Origin: Pristiophorus japonicus
Lineage: Eukaryota
Direction: 5' to 3'
NCBI RefSeq assembly: GCF_044704955.1
Contig: NC_091981.1
Span: forward strand, 148,676,001 to 148,740,000
DNA: 64,000 bases
A program made the translations under genes and the position numbers. How positions within the stretch are numbered: the stretch's first letter is position 1; the number at the start of each line of letters is the position of its first letter. Positions 39,485-52,004 of this stretch are shown one piece after another. Under the pieces are notes generated by a model. The model searched no databases and was not told the origin of the DNA. It was given only the letters and a program-made list of their open reading frames with translations.

Positions 39485-41225
39485 AAATATTTTGTATCAG
39501 TCTTTACGATAGAGGACACTAACAATATTCCAACAGTGGATAGTCAAGGGGCTATAGGGGGGAGGAACGTATCACAATCACTAAGGAGGTGGTACTCAGT
39601 AAGATAATGGGACTAAAGGTGGATAAATCCCCTGGACCTGATGGTTTGCATCCTAGGGTCTGAAGAGAAGTAGCAACAGGGATTGTGGATTCATTGGTTG
39701 TAATTTACCAAGATTCCCTGGATTCTGGGGAGGTCCCAGCAGATTGGAAAACTGAAAATGTAACGCCCCTATTTAAAAAAGGAGGCAGACAAAAAGCAGA
39801 AAACTGTAGACCAGTTAGCCTAACATCTGTGGTTGGGAAGATGTTGGAGTCCATTATTAAAGAAGCAGTAGCAGGACATTTGGAAAAGCAAAATTCGGTC
39901 AGGCAGAGTCAGCATGGATTTATGAAGGGGAAGTCATGTTTGACAAATTTGCTGGAGTTCTTTGAGGATGTAATGAACAGGGTGGATAAAGGGGAACCAG
40001 TGGATGTGGTGTATTTAGACTTCCAAAAGACATTTGACAAGGTGCCACATAAAAGGTTACTGCACAAGATAAAAGTTCACGGGGTTGGGAGTAATATACT
40101 AGCATGGATAAAGGATTGGCTAACTAACAGAGAACAGAGAGTCGGGATAATGGTTCATACTTTGGTTGGCAACCAGTAATTAGTAGGTGCTGCAGGGATC
40201 AGTGCTGGGACCCCAACTATTTACAATATGCATGAATGACTTGGAAGAAGGGACTGAGTGTAATGTTGCCAAGTTTGCTGACAATACAAAGCTGGGAGGA
40301 AAAGCAATATGTGAGGAGGACATAAAAAATCTACAAAAGGACATAGGCAGGCTAAGTGAGTGGGCAAAAATTTGGCAGATGGAGTATAATGCTGGAAAAT
40401 GTGAGGTCATGCACTTTGGCAAAAGAAAATCAAAGAGCAAGTTATTATTTAAATGCAGAATGATTACAAAGTGCTGCAGTACAGTGGGATCTGGGGATAT
40501 ATGTGCATGAAACACGAAAGGATAGAATGCAGGTACAGCAAGTGATCAGGAAGGCCAATGGTATCTTGGCCTTTATTGCAAAGGAGATGCAGTTTAAAAG
40601 CAAGGAAGTCTTGCTACAGCTATATAAGGTATTGGTGAGGACACACCTGGAATACTGTGGCAGTTTTGGTTTCCATATTTACGAAAGGATATACTTGCTT
40701 TGGAGGCAGTTCAGAAAAGGTTCACTCGGTTGATTCTGGGGATGAGGGGGTTGACTTATGAAGAAAGGTTGAGTAGGTTGGGCTTCTACTCATTGGAACT
40801 CAGAAGAATGAGAGGTGATCTTATCGAAACATATAGGATTATGAGGGGACTTGACAAGGTGGCTGCAGAGAGGTTGTTTCCACAGATGGGGCAGACTAGA
40901 ACTAGAGGGCGTGATCTTAGAATAAGGGGCCGCCCATTTAAAACAGAGATGAGGAGGAATTTCTTCTCCTCATTTACAAGGAGGGTTGTAAATCTGTGGA
41001 ATTCGCTGCCTCAGAGACCTGTGGAAGCTGGGACATTGAATAAATTTAAGACAGAAATAGATAGTTTCTTAAACGATAAGGGGATAAGGGGCTATGGGGA
41101 GCAGGTGGGGAACTGGAGCTGAGTCCATAATCAGATCAGCCATGATCTTATTGAATGGCGGAGCAGGCTCGAAGGGCCGTATGGCCTACTCCTGTTCCTA
41201 TTTCTTATCTTCTTATATTCTTATG
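39485..41225 (+). mobile_element. CR1 RT and 3' end with (TTCTTAT)n tail
   Basis: DWKTENVTPLFKKGGRQK...DFQKTFDKVPH, KFADNTKLGG and RRVVNLWNSLP. Confidence 0.95.
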
Positions 41226-41380
41226 ACTACCAGAGTGTAATTGGCACCTGTGGAACTACATCCCAGCTCCAAAATTCCTGTGTATATTGTCTAGAGAATG
41301 CTCATTTCCCAGACTGTATGGCGAAGAACTATAGGTTATGTTAAACCTTTACATTGAAAAGAAGGACTTAAGAACATAAG

Positions 41381-42402
41381 TATTGTGTTCTTAACACAGA
41401 TGAGGCTGCACACAGGGAGATTAAAGTAACAGTGACCTCAGTCTTTAATAAGACACTCCAGAGTGAGGAACAGGCCTTAGGGGCCGACTTATATACAGTG
41501 CTCACAAGGGATGCTGGGATCCCTTGGGACTTCAGGGGATGCGCTACCTGGTAACGGAACATGGAAGTGCATGCTTTACAGATACACAACATCACTCCCC
41601 CCCAAAGTCAAAGTGAAAACTATTTACAAGGTGAGGCGGTCGGGAGCCTTTCTTTCCCTGGTGGACCGCCTCGGTACAAATATCTCTTCTGGTGTGTTGG
41701 CTGTGCCCTCGCTGGGCTGGTGTGTTGTTGGCCCTGCAGGGCTGCTGGGTGAGCCTGGCCTTGCTGGGCTTTTGGGCGTGATGAGTCCAATTTCCTGGTC
41801 CGGGGTGGTGTCGTTGATCCTTTGGGTGTGTGCTGTGGGCTCGAAAAAGGTGGTGGGTTGTTCAGGGCAGTCTGTGAACCGCAACCTCGTTTGGTCCAGG
41901 TGCTTTCTGTAAATTTGTCCAATGTCTAGTTTGACTACAAACACCCTACTCCCTTCTTTAGCTATCGCCGTGCCCGCGATCCACTTGGGACCATGTCCCT
42001 AGTTTAGCACATACACAGGGTCATTCAGATCAATTTCCCGTGACACAGTGACGTGACCATCGTTTACATTTTGTTGCTTCCACCTGCTCTCTACCTGATC
42101 ATGCAGGTTGGGGTAAACAGGCGAGAGTCTGGTTTTAAGTGTCCTTTTCATGAGTAGTTCAGCTGGGGACACCCCTGTGAGTGAGTGGGGTCTCGTGCGG
42201 TAGCTGAGCAGTATTCGGGACAGGCGGGTTTGGAGTGCGCTTTCTGTGACTCGTTTAAGGCTCTGTTTGGTTGTTTGTACTGCTCGCTCTGCCTGCTCAT
42301 TGGAGGCTGGTTTAAACGGGGCCGAGGTGACATGTTTGATCCCATTGCGGGTCATGAATTCTTTAAATTCGGCACTGGTGAAACATGGCCCGTTGTCACT
42401 GA
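41381..42402 (-). mobile_element. Gypsy LTR retrotransposon 3' end: integrase fragment, polypurine tract and 3' LTR (41381-41591)
   Basis: LVSDNGPCFTSAEFKEFMTRNGIKHVTSAPFKPASNEQAERAVQT integrase core. On the minus strand the PPT GGGGGGGAGTGA directly precedes TGTTGTG. Confidence 0.92.
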
Positions 42403-43544
42403 CCAGTGGAGGCCTTAAGGCAATGGGCAATCTTTCAGTTGCTGGCCCTTTATCAGGTCTTTTGCTGCACAAAGCCCTGGCAGAGGGCAAGCCTTTGTAA
42501 GGGTGTGACTGGGCTATATTAATGACCCAGCCCACCAAATTTGGGAGTAATGAGGCCTGGACAAGCAGAGTTAACTTTGGGAGCACTGCACCCCTCCAGC
42601 AAAGTGAGGGGGAGGTTTATCGGGGTCAACATCTGCAGGCGAGGAGGGGAGCAGGAAATTTTCAACAACAAAAAAAATCTTGCTTTATTGCAAATGTTAG
42701 TGAAACTTGCTGTGGAAAAGCCGACCTGTTACAATGGTTACCTTTGTAATGTTAGGCTTTCGAGCACTTGGGTGGTTGTATTTGCAGCTTCCTTCAGACA
42801 TTTTAATTCGAGCAATGTGATCAAAGAAGTGCTCATAATGATATGTTTCACATTTCTGAAGGTGCAGTTTCTCTCTAATAAGCTAGCTCCTAATGATCTA
42901 ACAACTATAATCATGTCAATGATGTTTTATTAAATACAGAGAATGTGTACACTGTGCATTTGTCCTTTAAAAAAAATTGTTGTTAACAGAGGTGTTCAAT
43001 GAGAAGATTCATTGTTGTTGACTTTGCCTTTTGATGTTGAAAAAGTCTGTGAGCTGTGAATGTGTTATCAACACACACAAAGTGATTTATTTCCAGAGAC
43101 CCACTTGGAAGCAGTTTAAAGCCAGCAATTCTATTAAATTTATAAGCCCTGAAATAACCCAGCCTTCATGAAATGTTCCATATTTTTTCTTACACACCTA
43201 CTTATTTCATTAAAAGTACATTCAACTAATACTGTGTGAAATTTAACAAGAATTATTTCCCCATGAATACTTTCAACAATATAGTAGATCAGTATTTCAA
43301 ACATGATGGCCTAGATTTACCCAGGCCCTTCAGAAACATGGTGGCATGAGACTTTTGCCTACCCATTTGGTCTCGCCAGCAATCAAGTGCATTTTCCTGC
43401 AATGGCAGAGGGGGGATAATTTTGTATGCAGGGCAGGTTAAAGGCAGCAATGCCGGCTGCTAGGGAAGGAGATTCCAGTTTAGCTGCACCAGTTAAAATG
43501 CTGCTGCAGCTTAAAAGAATAGAAGGCATTGCAAATCTTAAAGA

Positions 43545-43930
43545 AAGAACTTGCATTCATATAGTGCATTTCACAAGGTAAGAATACCCCAAAGCCAATG
43601 AGATACTTTTTGAATTATAGTCACTGTTGTAATGTAGGGAAACATGGCAGCCAATCTGGGCACAGCAAAGTCCTACAAACAGCAATGAGATAATGACCAG
43701 ATAATGTTTTTTCTGAAGGATAAACGTTGGCCAGGAGAACTGCCCTGCTTTTCTTTGAATAATGCCTGGGAGCTTTTACAGCTAGCTGAGAGAGGAGGCA
43801 AGCTCCCATCCAATGCAAGGCATCCCTGAAAGTGTAACACTCCTTATGTTCTGCACTGAAGTGTCAGCCTGGGTTATGTGCTCAAGTTTCTAGGGTGGGA
43901 CTTGGATCCATGAATGCTACCACTGAATCC
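43545..43930 (-). mobile_element. Deu-domain SINE with L2-like tail
   Basis: Minus strand TCTGGTCATTATCTCATTGCTGTTTGTAGGACTTTGCTGTGCCCAGATTGGCTGCC...TACATTACAACAGTGACT and tail GCACTATATGAATGCAAGTT. Confidence 0.8.
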
Positions 43931-44104
43931 TAGTGAGCCTAAGCCAGAACAAGTTGGCTGCTAGGAGTGATCACATGATAGTAACAAATGCAGCTGCATC
44001 AATCTAGCGCCCTGCAATCCCAGCACACGATGGAGCTTCTGGCCTGGGCTCGATAGGTATTGAATTCATTGTAATGTATGCACCTGTGAGTATGCTCACA
44101 GGTT

Positions 44105-47100
44105 AAAAAACAGGAACTCATCAGGGTCTGGAACAGAGTCGCCACCAAGCGCAGCTGTCCACCGGCTGGAGTGGCGGCTGTCCTGTAGGAGCCGCTGCTC
44201 AGGAATCCGTACCTCCACGACCAAGTTTTAGGTGGCAGGCGGATGAGAGGGCTGTGGTTGGCGAGGTGACCAGGGTCAGGGACCTGCTCGATGGCGGAGG
44301 AGCGGGCTGGATGGCACCAGACGAGCTGGCACGGCGCCTAAACTGGGCCGATGTCCGCCCCGCGGCCAATGCCATCGAGTCGCTAAAAACAGCTCTGGGC
44401 CCTGACTCCGTTAGGTGTGTCGAGGAGGCTCAAGCACGTGGGGAGATCCCGTCCGAACTGACCCCCGTCCAGACGGAATTCCTCATCGGCGCCAAACCCC
44501 GGAACCTCCCTCAGGAGCCGGTGCCTCACAACTTGAGCCGCCTCAGGGAAATCCCCTCCGTGCCTTTCAGTTCTGCGCGGAGGGGTTGCCTGTACGGGTT
44601 GCTCCTGCACACTCTCCAGCTTGCCATCCTCGTCTGCCGTCCAGACACGCCATGGTGCACCATCTTGCCGCCGGAGGAGGGGGGTGCACTCTACACGGGA
44701 GTCCTTCCACTATTTATTGGGGACTTGGCCTGGAGGATGGTGCATGGAGCAGTCCCGTGCAACAAATTTTTAAGTCGGATCACGGGCTCCCAGGCCGCCT
44801 GCAATTTCTGCGGTCTGGAAGAGTCTGTGTTCCATGTTTTTATAGAATGTGCGAGGTTGTAGCCCCTGTTCCATTATTTAAAGGGGCTACTCGTCAAATT
44901 CTGGCTGCACTTCAGTCCCACACTCCTGATCTTTGGGCACCCAGTGCGGAGGGGAGAGGGTAGGTCCAAGGGCCTCCTCGTAGGACTGCTCCTGGGCACG
45001 GCCAAGGGTGCCATCAGCCAGTCCAGGCAGCGGGCAGTCAAGGGGGTCGTTCAGCGCGACTGCTTGCCTCTCTTCTGTGCGTACATCCGCGCCAGGGTGT
45101 CCCTGGAGATGGAGCACGCGGTGTTCACTGGTACGCTCACGGCCTTCTGCGAGAGATGGGCGCCGGAGGGACTGGAGTGCATTATTACCCCCGACAATCA
45201 AATTTTAATTTGATTTTATATGTTTTAGTGTTTAATTTGTTTTTATTGCCGGTTTTAGTGTCCCCCATCTTTCAGCCAGGGGGCACTTGTAAAATTTATG
45301 TTTTTAGTGCCCAAAAAACCCCCCCAAAAAAAACAAAAAAACAAAAAAAATCACAAAAAAAGGGCACTTGAAAAGTGTTTGGAGTGTCCCCCAGATCAGG
45401 GGGCACTTGATTTAATTGATTTATTGTTTCACAGCCAAAAGTGTTGTAGAGCTGTTGCACTTGAAAAATGTTTGGAGTGTCCCCACCAAAGGGGGCACTT
45501 GATTTAATTGGTTAATCATTTACAACCAAAAGAGTTGTAGAGCTGTTGGATGAGAGGGGACCTCATAGAAACATATAAAATTCTGACGGGGTTAGACAGG
45601 TTAGATGCAGGAAGAATGTTCCCAATGTTGGGGAAGTCCAGAACCAGGGGTCACAGTCTAAGGATAAGGGGTAAGCCATTTAGGACCGAGATGCGGAGGA
45701 ACTTCTTCACCCAGAGAGTGGTGAACCTGTGGAATTCTCTACCACAGAAAGTTGTTGAGGCCAATTCACTAAATACATTCAAAAAGGAGTTAGATGAGGT
45801 CCTTACTGCTAGGGGGATCAAGGGGTATGGCGCGAAAGCAGGAATGGGGTACTGAAGTTGAATGTTCAGCCATGAACTCATTGAATGGCGGTGCAGGCTA
45901 GAAGGGCCGAATGGCCTACTCCTGCACCTATTTTCTATGTTTCTATGTTTCTATAAGGGCACTTGTAAACTGTTTGGAGTGTCCCCCCCCCTTTAATAAG
46001 GGGTCACTTCATTTAATGTTTATATTTTGTTTTGCAACGAAGAAGTTGTAGAACTGTTGGGTAAGGGCACTTGTAAACTGTTTGGAGTGTCCCCTCCCAC
46101 CCCCCCTTTAATAAGAGGGCACTTGATTTAATGTTTATTTTTGTTTTGCAACAAAAGAGTTGTGGAGCTGCTGGGGTGTCCCTGGAGATGGAGCACGCGG
46201 TGTCCACTGGTACGCTCGCGGCTTTCCGCGAGAGGTGGGCATACATCATCACCCCCGGCAACCAAATTTTAATTTGATTTTATATGTTTTAAGTTTAATT
46301 GGTTTATTGTGCCAGTTTTAGTGTCCCCCTCTCCTTTTAGCCAGGGGGCACTTGCATAATTTGTGGTTTTAGTGCCCCCAAAAAACAAACAAAAAAAAAA
46401 AACCCTCCCCAAAAAAACACAAAAAAGGGCACTTGAAAACTGTTTGGAGTGTCCCCCCATGCCACTCCCCCCCTAACCCCCCCCCCCCCCACCGCTTTTA
46501 ATCAGGGGGCACTTGAACTAATCGTTTAATTTGTTTCACAACAAAATAGTTCTGGAGCTGTTGGAGTGCCTTTGGAGATGGAGCACGCGGTGTCCTCCGG
46601 TACGCTCGCGACCTTCCGCGAGAGGTGGGCGCCAGAGGGACTGGAGTGCATCATCACCCCCGGCAAGCAAATTTTAATTTGATCGTAATGGCTAAAGTTT
46701 AATTTGTTTAAGTTGTCGGTTTTATTGCCCCCACCGCCCTGTTAGCCGGGGGCACTTGTATAACTTGTGTTTTAGTACCCTCAAAAAAAAACCCTAAAAA
46801 AACAACGGGGCACTTGATTTAATGATTGTTTTAAGATTACAACAAAATAGTTGTAGAGCTGTTTTGCCTGGAGGGTGTTGCACGGAGCAGTCCTGTACAA
46901 TAAGTTTTTAAGTCGGTTCACGGGCTCCCAGGCCGCCTGTAATTTCTGCGGTCTGGAAGAGTCCGTGTACCACGTATTTATTAAATGTGCGATGTTGCAG
47001 CCCCTCTTCCAATAGTTGAAGGGGCTGCTCCTCAAATTCTGGTTGCACTTCAGTCCCCACACTCCAGATCTTTGGGCACCCTGTGAGGAGCGGAGTGGGC

Positions 47101-48172
47101 AGGTTGGAATGCCTCGTCGAAGGACTGCTCCTGGGTATGGCCAAGGGGGCCATCAGCCGGTCCAGGCAGCGGGTGGTCAAGGGGGTCATTTAGCCCGACT
47201 GCCGGCCTCTCTTCCGCGGTTACATCTGAGCTAGGGTGTCCCTGGAGATGGAGCACGCGGTGTCCACCAGTATGCTCGTGGCCTTCCTCAAGAGGTGGGC
47301 GCCGGAGGAACTGGAGTGCATCATCACACCCGGCAACCAAATTTTAATTTAATCCTTAATGTTTAAAGTTTAATTTTTCTATGCTTGTTGGTTTTAGTGC
47401 CTCCCCCCCCCCTTTTTAGCCAGGGGACACTTGTATAATTTGTGTTTTTGTACCCTCAAGCAAGGGGGCACTTGAAAGTTCTTTGGAGTGTGCCCCCCTC
47501 CCCCGCCCTCCCTTTAATCAGGGGGCACTTGATTATTAGTTTACAACAAAATAGTGGTAAAGCTGTTCCGCCTGGAGGGTGTTGCACGGAGCTGCCCTGC
47601 GCAATAAGTTTTTAAGTCGGTTCACAGATTCCCAGGCCGCCTGCAATTTCTGCGGCCTGGAGGAGTCCGTGTTCCATGTTTATGTTGTATGTGTGAGATT
47701 GCAGCCCCTCTTCCAATATTTGAAGGGGCTGCTCCTCAAATTCTGGTTGCACTTCAGTCCCACGCTCCTGATCTTTGGGCACCCTGTGCAGAGGGAAGCG
47801 GACAGGTCAGAAGGGCTCCTCATAGGACTGCTCCTGGGCATGGCCAAGGTGGCCATCAACCGGGTCCATGCAGCAGGCGGTCAAGGGAGTCATTGAGCCC
47901 GACTGCCTGCCTCTCTTCCGCGGTTACATCTGTGTCAGGGTGTCCCTGGAGATGGAGCACGTGATGTCCACCGCTATGCTTGTGGCTTTCCGGGACAGGA
48001 CGGACTGGATGCACCATCACCCCTGGCAACCAAATTTAAATTTGATCCACTAATCTCTAAAATGTAATTTGTTTAAGTTTGTTGGTTTCAGTGCCCCCTT
48101 TTTAATCAGGGGCCACTTGATTTACAGGTGCAACTTAAAATAGTTGTAGAGCTGTTGATTAAAATTAAAATA
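44105..48172 (+). mobile_element. Head-to-tail array of nine 5'-truncated Tx1-clade insertions separated by a 15-bp target duplication
   Basis: Copies of GTTGTAGAGCTGTTG (0-3 mismatches) start at 45443, 45534, 46045, 46159, 46549, 46850, 47554, 48143 and 48173. Each is preceded by the A-rich Tx1 3' end (typically CAA(C)AAAAGA or AAAATA). Unit bodies match 9651-11057. Confidence 0.9.
45549..45953 (+). mobile_element. CR1 3' end inside the Tx1 array
   Basis: MRGDLIETYKILTGLDRLDAGRMFP...GMGY* and (TTTCTATG)n tail. Confidence 0.95.
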
Positions 48173-49234
48173 GTTGTAAAGATGTTGAATTGGGAGTGGC
48201 TTAGCCAGTCATGTGATATTCATAAGACTCAATAAAACCCCAGTCAGATGAGTTTAGGGGATCCACTATGAGGCATACGGTTGTGAGCCTAGTGTATGAA
48301 CTGGTAATGTGTAGTGTGATTGTTAATTAACCAAATAGTTCTTAATAGCAATGTGTTGCTATGAATTCTTAAGTAAAGAACCCATGAAGCAAATACATTA
48401 CATGCACAAACAACATTATACCAGAACTAGGTCTTGGAAGGACATCAGCGTCACTGAGACAAGTGTCACTGCAATCTTCGAAGGCTCTATGGTGCAGTCG
48501 CAGTGCAATCTCCTAACCTCCTGGCAGTGAGGTACCATCACATGGGAGTAAATGGTCAGGTTTATACGCGAGAAGAGCTTTTAGCACAAGAGGTAGACAT
48601 GGTGATAAAAAACAGTATGAAGAGACTATCTAGAAAAAGCTTTGGCAAATTGGTGTGTGTGTGCGTGCATGTTGTGAGTTACTGATTTGTATCAGATCTT
48701 ATTCCCACTACTAATTTTTGTCTCACAAAAATTTGGAGGGTTTTGCAGCCAGATCTTTAGTTGCTGCAATTATAATTGTGAAAAAGGATATTTCTCTGTG
48801 GAAGACAAAGAAGATAGTGAAATCAGGGATGCAAGGCAGGTCAGATTGCATAGAAACATACTGTCCCTAATCCTCTGTCCCTTTCAGAAGTTGCTAGGTT
48901 CACACTGAAACTAATTATAACATTTTCCACATTTGGAAGCTTTAAAGTAAGGATGGTTGAAACACACAAGAATTCTGTAAAGGATAATCCATTGTAAGCA
49001 GTTAATACCTAATAGCAGAGAATGGAGAGCTTAGATTATAGTTTGCTTACCAATGAACACAGAATAGATATTGAGCAAAAATGAGTAAGGGTAGTCATTT
49101 TTGTTGCTGTTGACAATGTACAACATACATTAAATGCAGTAAACATGAATTAATTGTAGTAGTTCTGAATGAGCCCTTAGATCCATGGCTAAGTAAATAC
49201 CACCTAAGTACATCATGCTCACATGATGAATAAT

Positions 49235-49907
49235 GGCCCTGAGTTTGCATAATCTCAGAACACTCCACCATACCTCTTTTGAAATCCAGTGCAAGTTCTG
49301 GATTTCCGCACACGCTTGCTCACGCACGAAATACGAAACTTGTGGTCTGTCAACATATGTGTTGACAGGCCATCCGCACGGCCCACAAAAAACAATTACT
49401 GCTGCAGAGTTGGGCCATCGACTGGCCAACAATTGTTTACAGAAATGTTACAGTTGATGCAAACAGACACAGGCCGTGTTTGTTCATTTTCATCTTGGAA
49501 ATCATACAATTTAACTGTATCAAATGAGATTTTCAATGTTTCTGCAAATATAAGAGTCTTAATGATGTCAATTTTTTTAATTAAAAATTACATTTTTGTG
49601 AAGTTGGTGGGATCAAGCTAATTAGGATTTAAATCCTGTAAATTGTATTTAAATCTGATTATGGGATTCATTTCAGAAATATTAAAATCTAATTCTGTTT
49701 TGTGATTGGAGGACCAGGCCCATGTGATCCCAGGTACGCTTCTGCACCGCCTGTGTCCCTGGGATCCGTGGGCCATTACCCTGCACTCTGCCTCACAGCG
49801 TCACACTGCAGGTTTCCATAGGAGGGCCAACATCAGGTAGGTGTATATTTCTTTTGCAGGTTGGAGGCATTCTCTGGAACTACGCTTCTGACTGCAATTT
49901 TTGGCCC
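49235..49907. mobile_element. Degenerate Harbinger-like MITE
   Basis: Ends GGCCCTGAGTTTGCA / TGCAATTTTTGGCCC; TSD AAT. Confidence 0.55.
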
Positions 49908-50752
49908 AATAATTAGGCTGAAGTTCATTCTCTTGCAGCAGCTGAGCATTAAGTCATTTTACCTATGAAAACGTTGCAATACCTGTATGTTCTGTATCTT
50001 TGTAATTGAATGGAAGAAAATGGCAGAGTGGAAATTAGTTACAAACACTAATATGATATTACTTAATATACCAATATATTTGCTTGTATTGTGGGAAGTC
50101 AAGAAGTGGTATCTTTATTAGTCCCTGTGTGGACTGGACTCAGGGTGTACAGTTATGATTACTGAACAGTTTGTTTAAAACAGATGAGGAAGGGGAATAA
50201 AATGCATTGGCCAGGATTTCCCCAATTGACTCTTGATAAGGAACAAATTCGGCTAATTGAATGCATTGCTTTCCATTTCCCATCTCTTCTGGAGGCACAG
50301 ATTCATCCTGTATTACAGGTCCACTGCTGGTAGTTGCCTTCCAATATCTTTCCTAAATGCCTATTCTTCTGCTAATTCATGTATTACCTGGACAGTGACA
50401 GTTACCAGACTATTGAAATTGGGAGTGTCACCTGTCGTCACCAGACAAGCACAAATGCCCACTTTCTAATTGGTGTTATTGGATAATGAAGAGGAGTAGG
50501 AATTCTGAATGATTTTCTTCTCTCTAGTCTAAACTGGCGACACCAATTGTAGCATCTGGCTGGCCAGTTTGAGATCAGTTAGCTGCATAGACCAGGAATC
50601 GAAGCAGAGTCTTTAGGGTCTGTATATTCCATGTAGCCTTCACCAGCTAAGCCATTGAGTGAGCTTCCTATGGTTTTTGATGATGTCAATATAAAATACT
50701 ATGGATTATAGGCTTCTTTCCTCAAGTTTAAGTCAGGTTAAGTCAGTTCTAA

Positions 50753-51401
50753 GGGCTAGAAATTCAGTGCATTTGCACCTCCCATGGCACTGCACAGACA
50801 ATGACACCTGCCATATTGGGCGGGAGTTTAGCAGCGGCATTACAGCGTTGCGCCCTGATCTCCTGCACCCGGAGATCATGACGCCATTGCCGTGCGCACC
50901 GCCACGTTAGCACCCCGGCCCCGAACTTAGCTGATAACATCCACAGCATCAGGGGATGCGTATCGGGCGGCCGGCCGCTACCGGGGTGAAGGTGAAAGGC
51001 CAGGTGGCCGAGTGCAGAGAAAAAAAAGTACCTTTTTGTTGCCGCTCCTGATGCAGTTTCTTCGCGGAGTCGTGGCTGCGATCGCTCAGCCTGGCACTCT
51101 GCTTGAATGCCAGGCTGATCGCGCTACACCCCCCGCTCCCTGGTGGTGTAGGTAGGTGCCTTTTGATTTTGCAAAGTCGAGAGCGTGGGCCCTTCCATTT
51201 AATTGAGGGAAGAGCCCCTTGGATGTGGCAGTGATGCGTGGCCAAGTGCGTACCGCTGCTGAGGTGTCGGCTCGTTACCACCCCAGCTTTTGTGCTCGAT
51301 TTCCTTGCGGGGCAGTAACCCGAATTTCTTGAGTGGGCTGGGAGTTCAGCACTTCCCGAATGTTACCCCCTCCAAACGGGGCAATAATGAATTTCACCCC
51401 C
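50753..51401 (+). mobile_element. Harbinger MITE
   Basis: TIRs GGGCTAGAAATTCA / TGAATTTCACCCCC; TSD TAA; GC- and CpG-rich body. Confidence 0.9.
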
Positions 51402-52004
51402 TAAATGTTTAGAATTAATGTAAATCCCACAAAGAAGGTCAAATTCAAATAGCACTCAATTCTCCTGTCTAAGCTAAGTTTTTCACAACAGTAGGTGTGG
51501 ACTGCTGACTAATGATGGGAGAGGCAAACCAAATGTAAGGTAATTTGGGCAGTCTCAAAAAGCATCTCCATCCATTAGCTGCCTTTCCAAGGCTGAAGGG
51601 CCAGAGGATTAAAAAGGGACAGAACAAAATCAAAGTAAATTATAAGTCTACAGACAAGTGATAGGGCAGCCCAGCACCCAACCTGTTTGAAGGCTGCTAA
51701 AATCAAGGTGATGCTGCATGAGGTAGGTTTAAAGAAGGGCTGGGTGCTGTATCAGCCCCCTAAATCAGCACTGCAGCATGCCTGCACAGAGCTATAACCA
51801 AGGTTCAAGCCACAGCTGACCATATATCATCGCTCCTTTATTATTGCTGGGTAAGTATCTTCGAATTCCCACCGAACACCATCATGGGTGCACCATCACC
51901 ACAAAGATGGTTTAAGAAGGTGGCTCACATTTATCTTCTCAGGGCAACAATTAATGGGGAATAAATGTCCCCTTTTCAGTGTCACCCACAATCCAAGAAC
52001 AAAT

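Larger units (their letters stand above)
44070..48402 (+). mobile_element. Solo-LTR-like element (~260 bp when empty) that hosts the Tx1 array
   Basis: 10-bp inverted termini TGTAATGTAT / ATACATTACA and AATAAA at 48231. Left piece 44070-44104, right piece 48173-48402. TSD not clearly conserved. Confidence 0.7.

Noticed and set aside
45443-48187. CRISPR-like repeat-spacer appearance
   Set aside because: The repeat is only 15 bp, the spacers are homologous Tx1 3' ends of 15-700 bp, there are no cas genes, and the context is vertebrate.
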